This document shows, piece after piece, positions 8,309 through 15,172 of a DNA stretch of 64,000 bases. The notes beneath the pieces were generated by a model, which worked only from the letters and a program-made list of their open reading frames with translations, was not told the origin of the DNA and did no database searches. The DNA comes from an uncultured Bacteroidales bacterium (GTDB taxonomy: Bacteria; Bacteroidota; Bacteroidia; Bacteroidales; Bacteroidaceae), in NCBI GenBank assembly GCA_902788275.1, contig CADAJV010000005.1, positions 40,609 to 104,608 of the forward strand, written 5' to 3'. How positions within the stretch are numbered: the first letter of the stretch is position 1; the number at the start of each line of letters is the position of its first letter. Both the position numbers and the translations under genes were made by a program.

Positions 8309-8501
8309 ACTCATACATCTCCGACTACGTTATCATACGCCCCCGCCCTTTCAGGGCACCCCCTCTATAGAGGGGGTGCCGCAAGCCGTTCTGCTCTTAG
8401 TTTGCCGGGAGCCGACTCCCCCTCTAAGATAGAGGGGGTGGCCCATCGGGCCGGGGGCGTATGATAACACAGGAGTATGATAACGAGGGGCGTATGATAA
8501 A
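8309..8501. repeat. MITE-like palindromic element with TATCATACGCCCCCG / CGGGGGCGTATGATA termini, copy 1
   Basis: Terminal inverted repeats are reiterated 2-3 times. Internal hairpins CCCCCTCTATAGAGGGGG and CCCCCTCTAAGATAGAGGGGG. Related copies at 10272-10487 and 43729-43908. Confidence 0.8.
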
Positions 8502-8520
8502 TCTCAAAGTTCAAATGAAT

Positions 8521-8636
8521 GGAGATAGAGGGAGATAGTCTGGAAGTTAAGAAGTTAAGTAGTTAAGCCGTTAGTCTTTCTTCTTTCGAACATTTCAAAT
8601 CTGTAAACGGTAAACGGTAAACTGTAAGCCGTAAAC
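8521..8636. repeat. GGAGATAGAG x2, GAAGTTAA array + GCCGTTAGTC junction, TTTCTTCTTTCGAAC spacer, 5x GTAAACG array
   Basis: Direct reading. 8563-8602 recurs as its reverse complement at 49598-49636. Confidence 0.9.
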
Positions 8637-8657
8637 TAAACTCCTAGTTTTCTATTT

Positions 8658-9044
8658 TCATTTGCGTTTCCCCTGTATGTCCTGCACGATGTTGGTGACG
8701 GCTATGATGCCCCAAGCCATGAGAGAGGATGTGATGGCGAGGGCAATCATGCGGCTGTTCTCCTCCAGCAGGCGGAGCGGCATGATGTTGCTGTTGAAGG
8801 AAAAGAGTCTTACCCCTTCGGGCAGTGCGCTGACGATGGCGAAGAGAGCCAGACCTGCCAGTACGCTGAGGCATATGGTCAGGGTCATCACTATGCGGCA
8901 GCGGCGCAACTGTGCCTGCTGTTTGCGCTTGATAAACTCCACGGCTTCGAGTTTGCGCTCCAGGGTGGTCATGAAGTTGGTGCTGTCGTTCAGTGACGGA
9001 TGGTAGTCGCTGAAGAGTTGTTGGAGTTCGGTGTCTTTATCCAT
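8658..9044 (-). CDS. Putative anti-sigma factor (single-pass membrane protein)
   Basis: Overlaps the stop of the upstream ECF sigma gene by 8 nt. One central TM helix. No recognisable domain beyond context. Confidence 0.5.
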   Translation of the reverse strand: MDKDTELQQLFSDYHPSLNDSTNFMTTLERKLEAVEFIKRKQQAQLRRCRIVMTLTICLSVLAGLALFAIVSALPEGVRLFSFNSNIMPLRLLEENSRMIALAITSSLMAWGIIAVTNIVQDIQGKRK

Positions 9045-9522
9045 GGTGCTGTAGTTTTTGCTTGAGGTGCAGTCGTCCGCGTGAGAGCTGTTGTCTTACA
9101 GCGGCTTCCGTAGTGTCGATTATCTGGGCTATCTCCTTGGTAGAGCGGTCGTCCATATAGAAGAGCACAAGGGCTGTGCGCTCCTTGGGCTGCAGTTCGC
9201 GCAGTGCGGCATAGAGATGCTGGTAGCGGTAGTTGCGGTCGGGGGACAGCGAGGTGTCGGGTCTGTCGGTCAGCTCGTCAAGGCTGGTGGTCTGGCTGGC
9301 TTGACGGCGCGAGCTTATAAAGGTATTATAGGCGATTTTGTAGAGCCAGGAGTGGAACTTGCCTTTGTCCTTGTAGTCGGCAGATGAGAGATAGGCCTTG
9401 ACCAGAGATTCCTGTGCCAGGTCGTCGGCCTCGTCTGCATTGCCGCAACAGAGGGTAAGCAGAAAGCGGCGTAGTGCTTCCTGCTCGGCCTTGACAAGTT
9501 CGATGAATTGCTCGCGGGTCAT
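9037..9522 (-). CDS. RNA polymerase ECF-type sigma-70 factor
   Basis: Region 2 (FHSWLYKIAYNTFIS) and region 4 (ERTALVLFYMDDRSTKEIAQIIDTTEAAVRQQLSRGR). Confidence 0.85.
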   Translation of the reverse strand: MTREQFIELVKAEQEALRRFLLTLCCGNADEADDLAQESLVKAYLSSADYKDKGKFHSWLYKIAYNTFISSRRQASQTTSLDELTDRPDTSLSPDRNYRYQHLYAALRELQPKERTALVLFYMDDRSTKEIAQIIDTTEAAVRQQLSRGRLHLKQKLQHHG

Positions 9523-9655
9523 CTGATGCAGATAAAGGGGACTGTATAGAGGCAGGACGAAAGAGGGGGAGTAAGGATTGTGATGTCTTTGTGCTTAAAC
9601 ATTGTGATCATGAGTACATTATTCCTCCTCTGCTCCTCCCTCCTGTAAGGTGATG

Positions 9656-10120
9656 CTATTCGTGGTCTTCCTCCGTCTTTGCCAGTGACTTCTTGGCTGC
9701 CCTGTAGGCCAGCAGCATGCCTATGCCGAAGGCCAGGGCGGGCACGCCAAGGAAGCAGATAACATTTATAGCTTGGAAGATGACGATATATCCCATGATG
9801 GCGGATATCAGGTAGGCTGTTATGATGGCTGCACCTATTACCGTGAGTGCCGTGCCACACATAAGGTTGCTCTGCATCCTTCTCTTAGCTTTTTGCTCGG
9901 GGCTTTCCTGCGGGGGAGTCAACCCTTTGAGGATTTCCTCCATGTTGCCTACGTCGGCGTTTTTCTCTATTGCCGCCAGCATGATTTCTGTCTTGCGGTT
10001 GGTCTCGTTCTTCTTTCTCTTGTTGACTATCCACACCACCATGACGGGCAGGACTACGCATGTTCCGATGGTGATAATCCACGACGTGATGATGCCTAAT
10101 GCGGGAATTAACTGTTCCAT
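9656..10120 (-). CDS. Hypothetical membrane protein
   Basis: Two hydrophobic segments flank a charged linker. Sits upstream of the sigma/anti-sigma pair on the same strand. Confidence 0.5.
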   Translation of the reverse strand: MEQLIPALGIITSWIITIGTCVVLPVMVVWIVNKRKKNETNRKTEIMLAAIEKNADVGNMEEILKGLTPPQESPEQKAKRRMQSNLMCGTALTVIGAAIITAYLISAIMGYIVIFQAINVICFLGVPALAFGIGMLLAYRAAKKSLAKTEEDHE

Positions 10121-10271
10121 ATTCTTTTGTTTTTAGATGTTAGACTGCGTGTTTTCTGAGCTCGCTCATATATATAACGCGTAAACAGGGCAAAATGTGA
10201 CATAGGTGTCTTACTTTTTTTCGGACATCCTTATACCTTTATATATTATTATAGGTTTTTGGGGGAAGTTA

Positions 10272-10487
10272 GTATCATACGCTCCGTTTATTTTATCATA
10301 CATCCCCGTCTACGTTATCATACGCCCCCGGCAGCAAGCTGCCACCCCCTCTATCTTAGAGGGGGAGTCGTCTCCCTGCTTACCTTAAAGGCAGAATGGC
10401 GTGTCAGGCAAATAGGCAGAATGGCGTGTCAGGCTCCCCCTCTAAGATAGAGGGGGTGCCCTGAAAGGGCGGGGGCGTATGATGGTG
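10272..10487. repeat. MITE-like TATCATACGCCCCCG-terminus element, copy 2
   Basis: Three left-end reiterations, GCAGCAAGCTGC and CCCCCTCTATCTTAGAGGGGG hairpins, an internal 2x GGCAGAATGGCGTGTCAGGC direct repeat, and right end CGGGGGCGTATGATGG. Confidence 0.8.
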
Positions 10488-10521
10488 ACTATTATTTTCA
10501 GCGGCCGGGCAGATAAAGCAA

Positions 10522-10549
10522 GCCCGCAGTGAGCGTACTCACTGCGGGC
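10522..10549 (-). terminator. Hairpin GCCCGCAGTGAG-loop-CTCACTGCGGGC downstream of the LRR gene
   Basis: 12-bp GC-rich stem 35 nt after the stop codon. On the minus strand it is followed by TTGCTTTAT. Confidence 0.5.
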
Positions 10550-10583
10550 CTTGTCTGTCAGACAGGTGTCTGAGGTTATTCTC

Positions 10584-13577
10584 TTACTCTTCGCTGAGGA
10601 TGATGTTGCTCAGTACAAGGCGAAGACCGAGATAGTTATAAGGGTAGGACGGGAGTGATGCACCACGGTTACTTGGCCTAAACCGAAGGGCAGGATTAAT
10701 ATAACTACCTCCGCGTGCTACTTTCTGAGATTCTGTGGCAGGTCCAGTGGGGTCGGTCTGTGAGGTTGAGGGATAATCGCCGTACCAGTCCCAGCACCAC
10801 TCCCAAACATTGCCGGCCATGTCGTATATGCCAAGCTCGTTGGGCTTCTTCTGGGCAACGGGGTGAGTTTCATAATTACCATTAGTGTCATACCACGCCA
10901 CCTCGTCAGGATCATCACCACCTATATATTTATATTCCTTGCTCTGCTGGCCGCCGCGGGCTGCATACTCCCACTCAGCCTCGGTGGGCAGGCGGAACTG
11001 CTTGTCGCCGAGCTTGTCGCCAAAGTCCTCGTTGAGTTTCTTGATAAACTTCTGGCAATCGTCCCAGTTTACCATTTCTACAGGATTGTCTTCTCCTTCA
11101 AAGTAGCTGGGATTGCTGCCCATCACGGCAGTCCAGAGCTTCTGCGTTACCTCGGTGGCGCCGATGGCGAAGGGGCTGAGGGTTACGCGGTGCTGCGGCT
11201 TTTCGTAGTCATAGGAATCGCTGTCGTCATCGGGAGAACCCATGATGAAGGGACCGCCCTCTACATTGACCATCGGAATCTCGATTCCGTCGTAGGAGAA
11301 CTGATAGTTGGCGCCGTCGATGATATAGTTGTAGATAGCCACCACGTCGGCAGAGTTAACGTTGCCGTCGGTATCGCCGTCCACATTGGCAGCGGTCTTG
11401 TCAACGCCGCTTGCATCGCCATCGATGATATAGTTGTAAACACTTACCACGTCGGCAGAGTTGAGCAGGCCGTTGCCGTCAACATCGCCGTCGGGAGTAG
11501 CCTTGGTGATGTGGAAAGTGTAGCTGATGGTAGCCTCGTGGCAGCGGCCGGTGGCATCGGTCTCGCCTCGGATGAGCTGAGCGCTCTTGCCGTTGACGGT
11601 AGGCACGAGGTCCTCGCTGAAAGTGTAGTCCTCGCCGCAGGAAACCTTAATCTTGGCAGTGTAGACAACGTCCTCGCGGAAGCTGACGTGGAGCGGAGTC
11701 CAGGTAATCTGGCCGCCATACTTGCCGAAGTAGGTGCGGGCAAAGTATCTGCCGGAGGGATTGGGATAGGTGATATAGTCTGCCGGTACCTCGCCAACCA
11801 CTGGAGCGGGCAGCTCGCAGCTCAGGCTCTCCACGGGCACACCGTCGGCGGGGATAATCGGCGTGGCTTGCCAGCCAAAATGCTGCTCGTCATCGCGTCC
11901 GCTGCGGGTGATTCGAACGTCCTGTATTTTTCCGTCGATATAGGTTTGGGGCAGTTCAAACACATAGCCGTTGTCGAGAAATACATCCATCCTTACAAGC
12001 CATGACTCGCTGGGAGCGAACTTCTCGTCATGCATGTCAAGCACTCTGCTGAACATGATATACTTTACTGCCACATTCTTCACGCCAGTGGTGGTGGAGG
12101 TTACGTCGTAGTCGCCTACCTTGCCTGCCGTGGGCCACTCGTAGTCGGTGATGTCAACGCGATTGACAACGGTGTAGGTCTTGACATTGGCAAAGAAGGA
12201 GCTCATGGCCTTGGTGTCGTCGCTATAGAAGGTCTGGTTATACCATTGTACGGAAGGTACATAGAGTGTAACCTTTTCCATGCCTACGAAGGAGCTGGCA
12301 AGGGTGGTCCTTGGCGGATACTGGTGATGTATATGGATGGCCAGCTTGGTGTCTACTCCCGGGCTAAGGTGGAAGGCCTTTATGCCGAGCTTGAGGTTAT
12401 GGCCGTCGCCGTAGATGTCAACGCGCTCAAGGCTGTCGCAGTACTCGAAGGCGGAATTCTCTATGGAGGTTACATTCTCGGGGATGAGCAGATGCTTGAT
12501 GCTGGTGCCCTGGAAAGCGCCTGCTCCGATGGTTGTGAGGTCGGAATAGAAGTACAGCTGCTTGCTAAAGGCGGAGATGTCTGTAAAAGCCCACATGCCA
12601 ATCTTTACGGTAGAGGAGGGAATGGCTGAGTTCTTGCATCCCGCCACGAGGGTGTTGGTGGTGGCATCGTAGATTACATTGCAATTCATGTCTGAGTATG
12701 TGGTGTTGGCAGCATCCACCTTGATTACGCTGAGGTTGTTGCACCCTTGGGTAAGGCCTTCGCCTATGGAAGTTACATTGGCGGGAATGTTGAGGGTGTC
12801 GATATTGGTATAGGCAAATGCATTTCCTCCGATGGTCTGGAGTGCGTCAGGCAGTTTGATCTTGCTTATGCCAGTCTTGTAGAAAGCCGCAGTGCCGATT
12901 TTGGTAAGGCCGTTGGGCAGGTTAATCTCGGTGAGGGGCGTCTGGTAGAAGGCATTGCTATATATCTCGGTGAGAGTGGAGGGCAGTTTTACTTCGGTAA
13001 TCTTGGTGTTCTTGAAGGCGAAGTCGCCTATTGTAGTCAGACCTTCGGCCAGTTCGATGGCAGAGAGTGTACTGCCACTGAAAGCAGAGACTTGGATTGC
13101 AGTAACGCTGCCGGGCAGCACTACCTTGTTGACCCGGGAGTTGGCAAAGGACTGAGACTGAATAGCCGTCATGGTTGCCGGAATCTGCAGCACGTCGACA
13201 AAGACGGGCTTGGAGTTGGCTTCGCTTTGCGAAACAAAGGCGAAGTTCCTGATGTACTCCAGGTGCTCGGGCAGCTTCGCAATCCTGCACCGGGTGTTGG
13301 TAAAGGCGTAGCGTTCAATGCCCGTCACGGTGTAGCCGTCAATCTCCGAAGGCAGGTCAATGTCGCCGCCAAACGTATAGGGCACCGTGCCCTTGGCATC
13401 GGCCTGGTCCTGGGCTACGAGCGAGCAGGTCTTGTCTGTTTCACTCAGCACCTTGTAGCTGATCGTGACATTGCCCCCATAACCGGTGGGTACACTGGCA
13501 GACTTCACTGTCTGCGCCATCGTCTTGCCGCCTGCCGTCAGCAGGGCAGCAACCATAAGGAATAAAAACTTTTTCAT
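10584..13577 (-). CDS. Secreted BspA-type leucine-rich-repeat protein with dockerin-like repeats and a C-terminal FGE-sulfatase (SUMF1-like) domain
   Basis: Signal peptide. About 10 LRR_5-type repeats (IPxxVTSIGxxAF). Two DVDGNGxxNSADVVxxYNYII calcium-loop repeats. C-terminus contains GGPFIMGSP...HRVTLSPFAIGATEVTQ...NVWEWCWDWY. Confidence 0.8.
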   Translation of the reverse strand: MKKFLFLMVAALLTAGGKTMAQTVKSASVPTGYGGNVTISYKVLSETDKTCSLVAQDQADAKGTVPYTFGGDIDLPSEIDGYTVTGIERYAFTNTRCRIAKLPEHLEYIRNFAFVSQSEANSKPVFVDVLQIPATMTAIQSQSFANSRVNKVVLPGSVTAIQVSAFSGSTLSAIELAEGLTTIGDFAFKNTKITEVKLPSTLTEIYSNAFYQTPLTEINLPNGLTKIGTAAFYKTGISKIKLPDALQTIGGNAFAYTNIDTLNIPANVTSIGEGLTQGCNNLSVIKVDAANTTYSDMNCNVIYDATTNTLVAGCKNSAIPSSTVKIGMWAFTDISAFSKQLYFYSDLTTIGAGAFQGTSIKHLLIPENVTSIENSAFEYCDSLERVDIYGDGHNLKLGIKAFHLSPGVDTKLAIHIHHQYPPRTTLASSFVGMEKVTLYVPSVQWYNQTFYSDDTKAMSSFFANVKTYTVVNRVDITDYEWPTAGKVGDYDVTSTTTGVKNVAVKYIMFSRVLDMHDEKFAPSESWLVRMDVFLDNGYVFELPQTYIDGKIQDVRITRSGRDDEQHFGWQATPIIPADGVPVESLSCELPAPVVGEVPADYITYPNPSGRYFARTYFGKYGGQITWTPLHVSFREDVVYTAKIKVSCGEDYTFSEDLVPTVNGKSAQLIRGETDATGRCHEATISYTFHITKATPDGDVDGNGLLNSADVVSVYNYIIDGDASGVDKTAANVDGDTDGNVNSADVVAIYNYIIDGANYQFSYDGIEIPMVNVEGGPFIMGSPDDDSDSYDYEKPQHRVTLSPFAIGATEVTQKLWTAVMGSNPSYFEGEDNPVEMVNWDDCQKFIKKLNEDFGDKLGDKQFRLPTEAEWEYAARGGQQSKEYKYIGGDDPDEVAWYDTNGNYETHPVAQKKPNELGIYDMAGNVWEWCWDWYGDYPSTSQTDPTGPATESQKVARGGSYINPALRFRPSNRGASLPSYPYNYLGLRLVLSNIILSEE

Positions 13578-13613
13578 ACGCGTATAGTATTGGTTTTGTT
13601 AATATTTCCAGAG

Positions 13614-13621
13614 CAAAATTA
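13614..13621 (-). promoter_or_regulatory. Candidate -7 box TAATTTTG for the LRR gene
   Basis: The reverse complement of caaaatta matches TAnnTTTG, 37 nt upstream of the ATG at 13577. Confidence 0.5.
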
Positions 13622-13667
13622 CACATTTGTGCAAAAATGCCAAAGAATTACATAAAAAAAACGGGTC

Positions 13668-13867
13668 CTCTATCTCCTTCTATCTCCTTTTATCTCCTTT
13701 TAACTCCCTCTATAACCTATAACCAATAACCTATAACCAATAACCTATAACCTTTCATCTATCTCCTTTTAACTCCCTCTATAACCTATAACCAATAACC
13801 TATAACCTTTCATCTATTTCCATAATTATCTATAATTTCATTTCTCAAATTTCAAGTTTCAAATTTA
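13668..13867. repeat. Composite array block: TCTATCTCCT, two tandem copies of a 55-69 bp module (13691-13759, 13760-13814), then AAATTTC-type array
   Basis: The module TATCTCCTTTTAACTCCCTCTATAACCTATAACCAATAACCTATAACCTTTCATC is read twice in tandem. Related copies at 49821-49857, 51989-52032, 52060-52089 and 55636-55672 (reverse complement). Confidence 0.9.
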
Positions 13868-13873
13868 TTTGTG

Positions 13874-13881
13874 TAATTTTG
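13874..13881 (+). promoter_or_regulatory. Candidate -7 box TAATTTTG for the lyase gene
   Basis: Exact TAnnTTTG overlapping the TTG at 13879 that opens the tracked ORF. This argues the real start is the ATG at 13909. Confidence 0.5.
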
Positions 13882-13908
13882 CACAAATTTTTTAACTTGT
13901 CTGTTACC

Positions 13909-14880
13909 ATGGAAAGAATTCACGGACTTATTGATGCCCCGTTTACGCCGTTTCTTCCTGACGGCGAAGTTAACTATGAGATTATCCCCCGCTATGCCGA
14001 GCTGCTGGCTCGCAATGGCCTGAAGGGGGTGTTTATCAACGGCTCCTCGGGCGAGGGCTATATGCTGACTGAGCATGAGCGCATGAGCCTGACCGAGGCT
14101 TGGGTGAAGGCTGCCAAGGAGGTCAAGACCCTCGACGGCGAGCCCTTCAAGGTGATAGTACACGTAGGCAGCTGCTGCGTGAAGAACAGTCGCATGCTGG
14201 CAGAGCACGCCCAGAGCCGCGGTGCCTGGGGCATAGGCGCCATGGCCAGTCCGTTCCCAAAGATAGGACGCGTGGAGGAGCTGGTGAAGTATTGCGAGGA
14301 GATTGCCTGCGGCGCTCCGGACTTGCCGTTTTATTTCTACCATATCCCGGCCTTCAACGGTGCTTATATCTCGATGTATGACTTCCTTAAGGCTGTGGAT
14401 GAGAGCGGCCGCATTCCCAACCTGGCGGGCATCAAATATACTTTTGAGAGTCTCTACGAGTTTAACCGCTGCCGCCGCTATAAGGACGGCAAGTATGATA
14501 TGCTGCACGGCCAGGACGAGACTATCTTGCCCTGTCTCTCCATGGTGGGCAGCCCCGAAGAGTTTGCTCAGGGCAAGGTTGCGCTGGGCGGCATTGGCGG
14601 CACTACTAACTATAACGGCAGGGTGCTGACGGGCATCATTGATGCCTGGAAGGCCGGCGACATGGAGGGCGCACGCCGCCTGCAGAACTATGCGCAGGAC
14701 GTAATTGACGTGATCTGCTGCTTCCGTGGCAACATTGTGGGCGGCAAGCGCATCATGAAACTCATCGGCTACGATATGGGTCGCAACCGAACTCCGTTCC
14801 AGAACATGACTGACGAGGAGGAGGTACAGCTCCGACAGAAGCTGGAGGCTATCGATTTCTTCAACCATTGCAACCGTTAA
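13909..14880 (+). CDS. nanA: N-acetylneuraminate lyase (DHDPS/NAL family)
   Basis: GVFINGSSGEGYMLT, YHIPAFNG and AGIKYT (Schiff-base Lys) motifs. Neighbours are sialic-acid genes. Start moved to the ATG at 13909. Confidence 0.75.
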   Translation: MERIHGLIDAPFTPFLPDGEVNYEIIPRYAELLARNGLKGVFINGSSGEGYMLTEHERMSLTEAWVKAAKEVKTLDGEPFKVIVHVGSCCVKNSRMLAEHAQSRGAWGIGAMASPFPKIGRVEELVKYCEEIACGAPDLPFYFYHIPAFNGAYISMYDFLKAVDESGRIPNLAGIKYTFESLYEFNRCRRYKDGKYDMLHGQDETILPCLSMVGSPEEFAQGKVALGGIGGTTNYNGRVLTGIIDAWKAGDMEGARRLQNYAQDVIDVICCFRGNIVGGKRIMKLIGYDMGRNRTPFQNMTDEEEVQLRQKLEAIDFFNHCNR

Positions 14881-14882
14881 CA

Positions 14883-14947
14883 ATTGATAGTTGATAGTTG
14901 ATAATTGATAGTTGATATTGATAGTTAGCGTTTCCTCCGGACTTGGC
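14883..14947. repeat. TTGATAG array followed by half-site TCCGGACTTGGC
   Basis: attgatagttgatagttgataattgatagttgatattgatagtta...tccggacttggc. Confidence 0.9.
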
Positions 14948-14953
14948 TAAATT

Positions 14954-15141
14954 TGCCGCTTCGCTCTCAAAGGCTCCTGCAAGTTTCGCTCCGGCTTCGC
15001 CGACGGCAAAAGAGCCGCTCTCTCAAAGAGAGCATTGATCAAGAGCAATTTTTCGCTCAAAGAGAACATTGCTCGAAGAGCAACTTCTCGCTCAAAGAGA
15101 ACATTGCTCGAAGAGCAACTTCTCGCGATGCCTGCGGCATT
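14954..15141 (+). repeat. GCTTCGCTCTC...GCCTGCGGCATT core element, copy B, expanded by about 3 copies of a 35-bp internal tandem repeat
   Basis: The ends match copies A and C. TCGCTCAAAGAGAACATTGCTCGAAGAGCAACTTC occurs at 15053-15087 and 15088-15122, with a diverged copy at 15019-15052. Confidence 0.8.
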
Positions 15142-15172
15142 CAAATTTCAAATTTCAAATTTCAAATTTCAA
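15142..15172. repeat. CAAATTT heptamer array abutting the ATG at 15173
   Basis: tcaaatttcaaatttcaaatttcaaatttcaa ATG. Confidence 0.9.

Noticed and set aside
8309-8501. Autonomous transposon or insertion sequence
   Set aside because: The element is about 190 bp with no ORF, and no transposase or integrase occurs anywhere in the window. It can only be called MITE-like.
13879-13908. TTG start at 13879 for the lyase gene
   Set aside because: The TTG lies inside a perfect TAATTTTG -7 promoter box. The ATG at 13909 (MERIHGLIDAPFTPF) fits DHDPS/NAL-family N-termini.
14953-15172. ORF 14953-15417 and the first 46 codons of ORF 15035-17764
   Set aside because: They read through repeat DNA (core element copy B and the CAAATTT array). 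A signal-peptide start, MKSVVRLFLIAVFALL, at 15173 directly follows the array.
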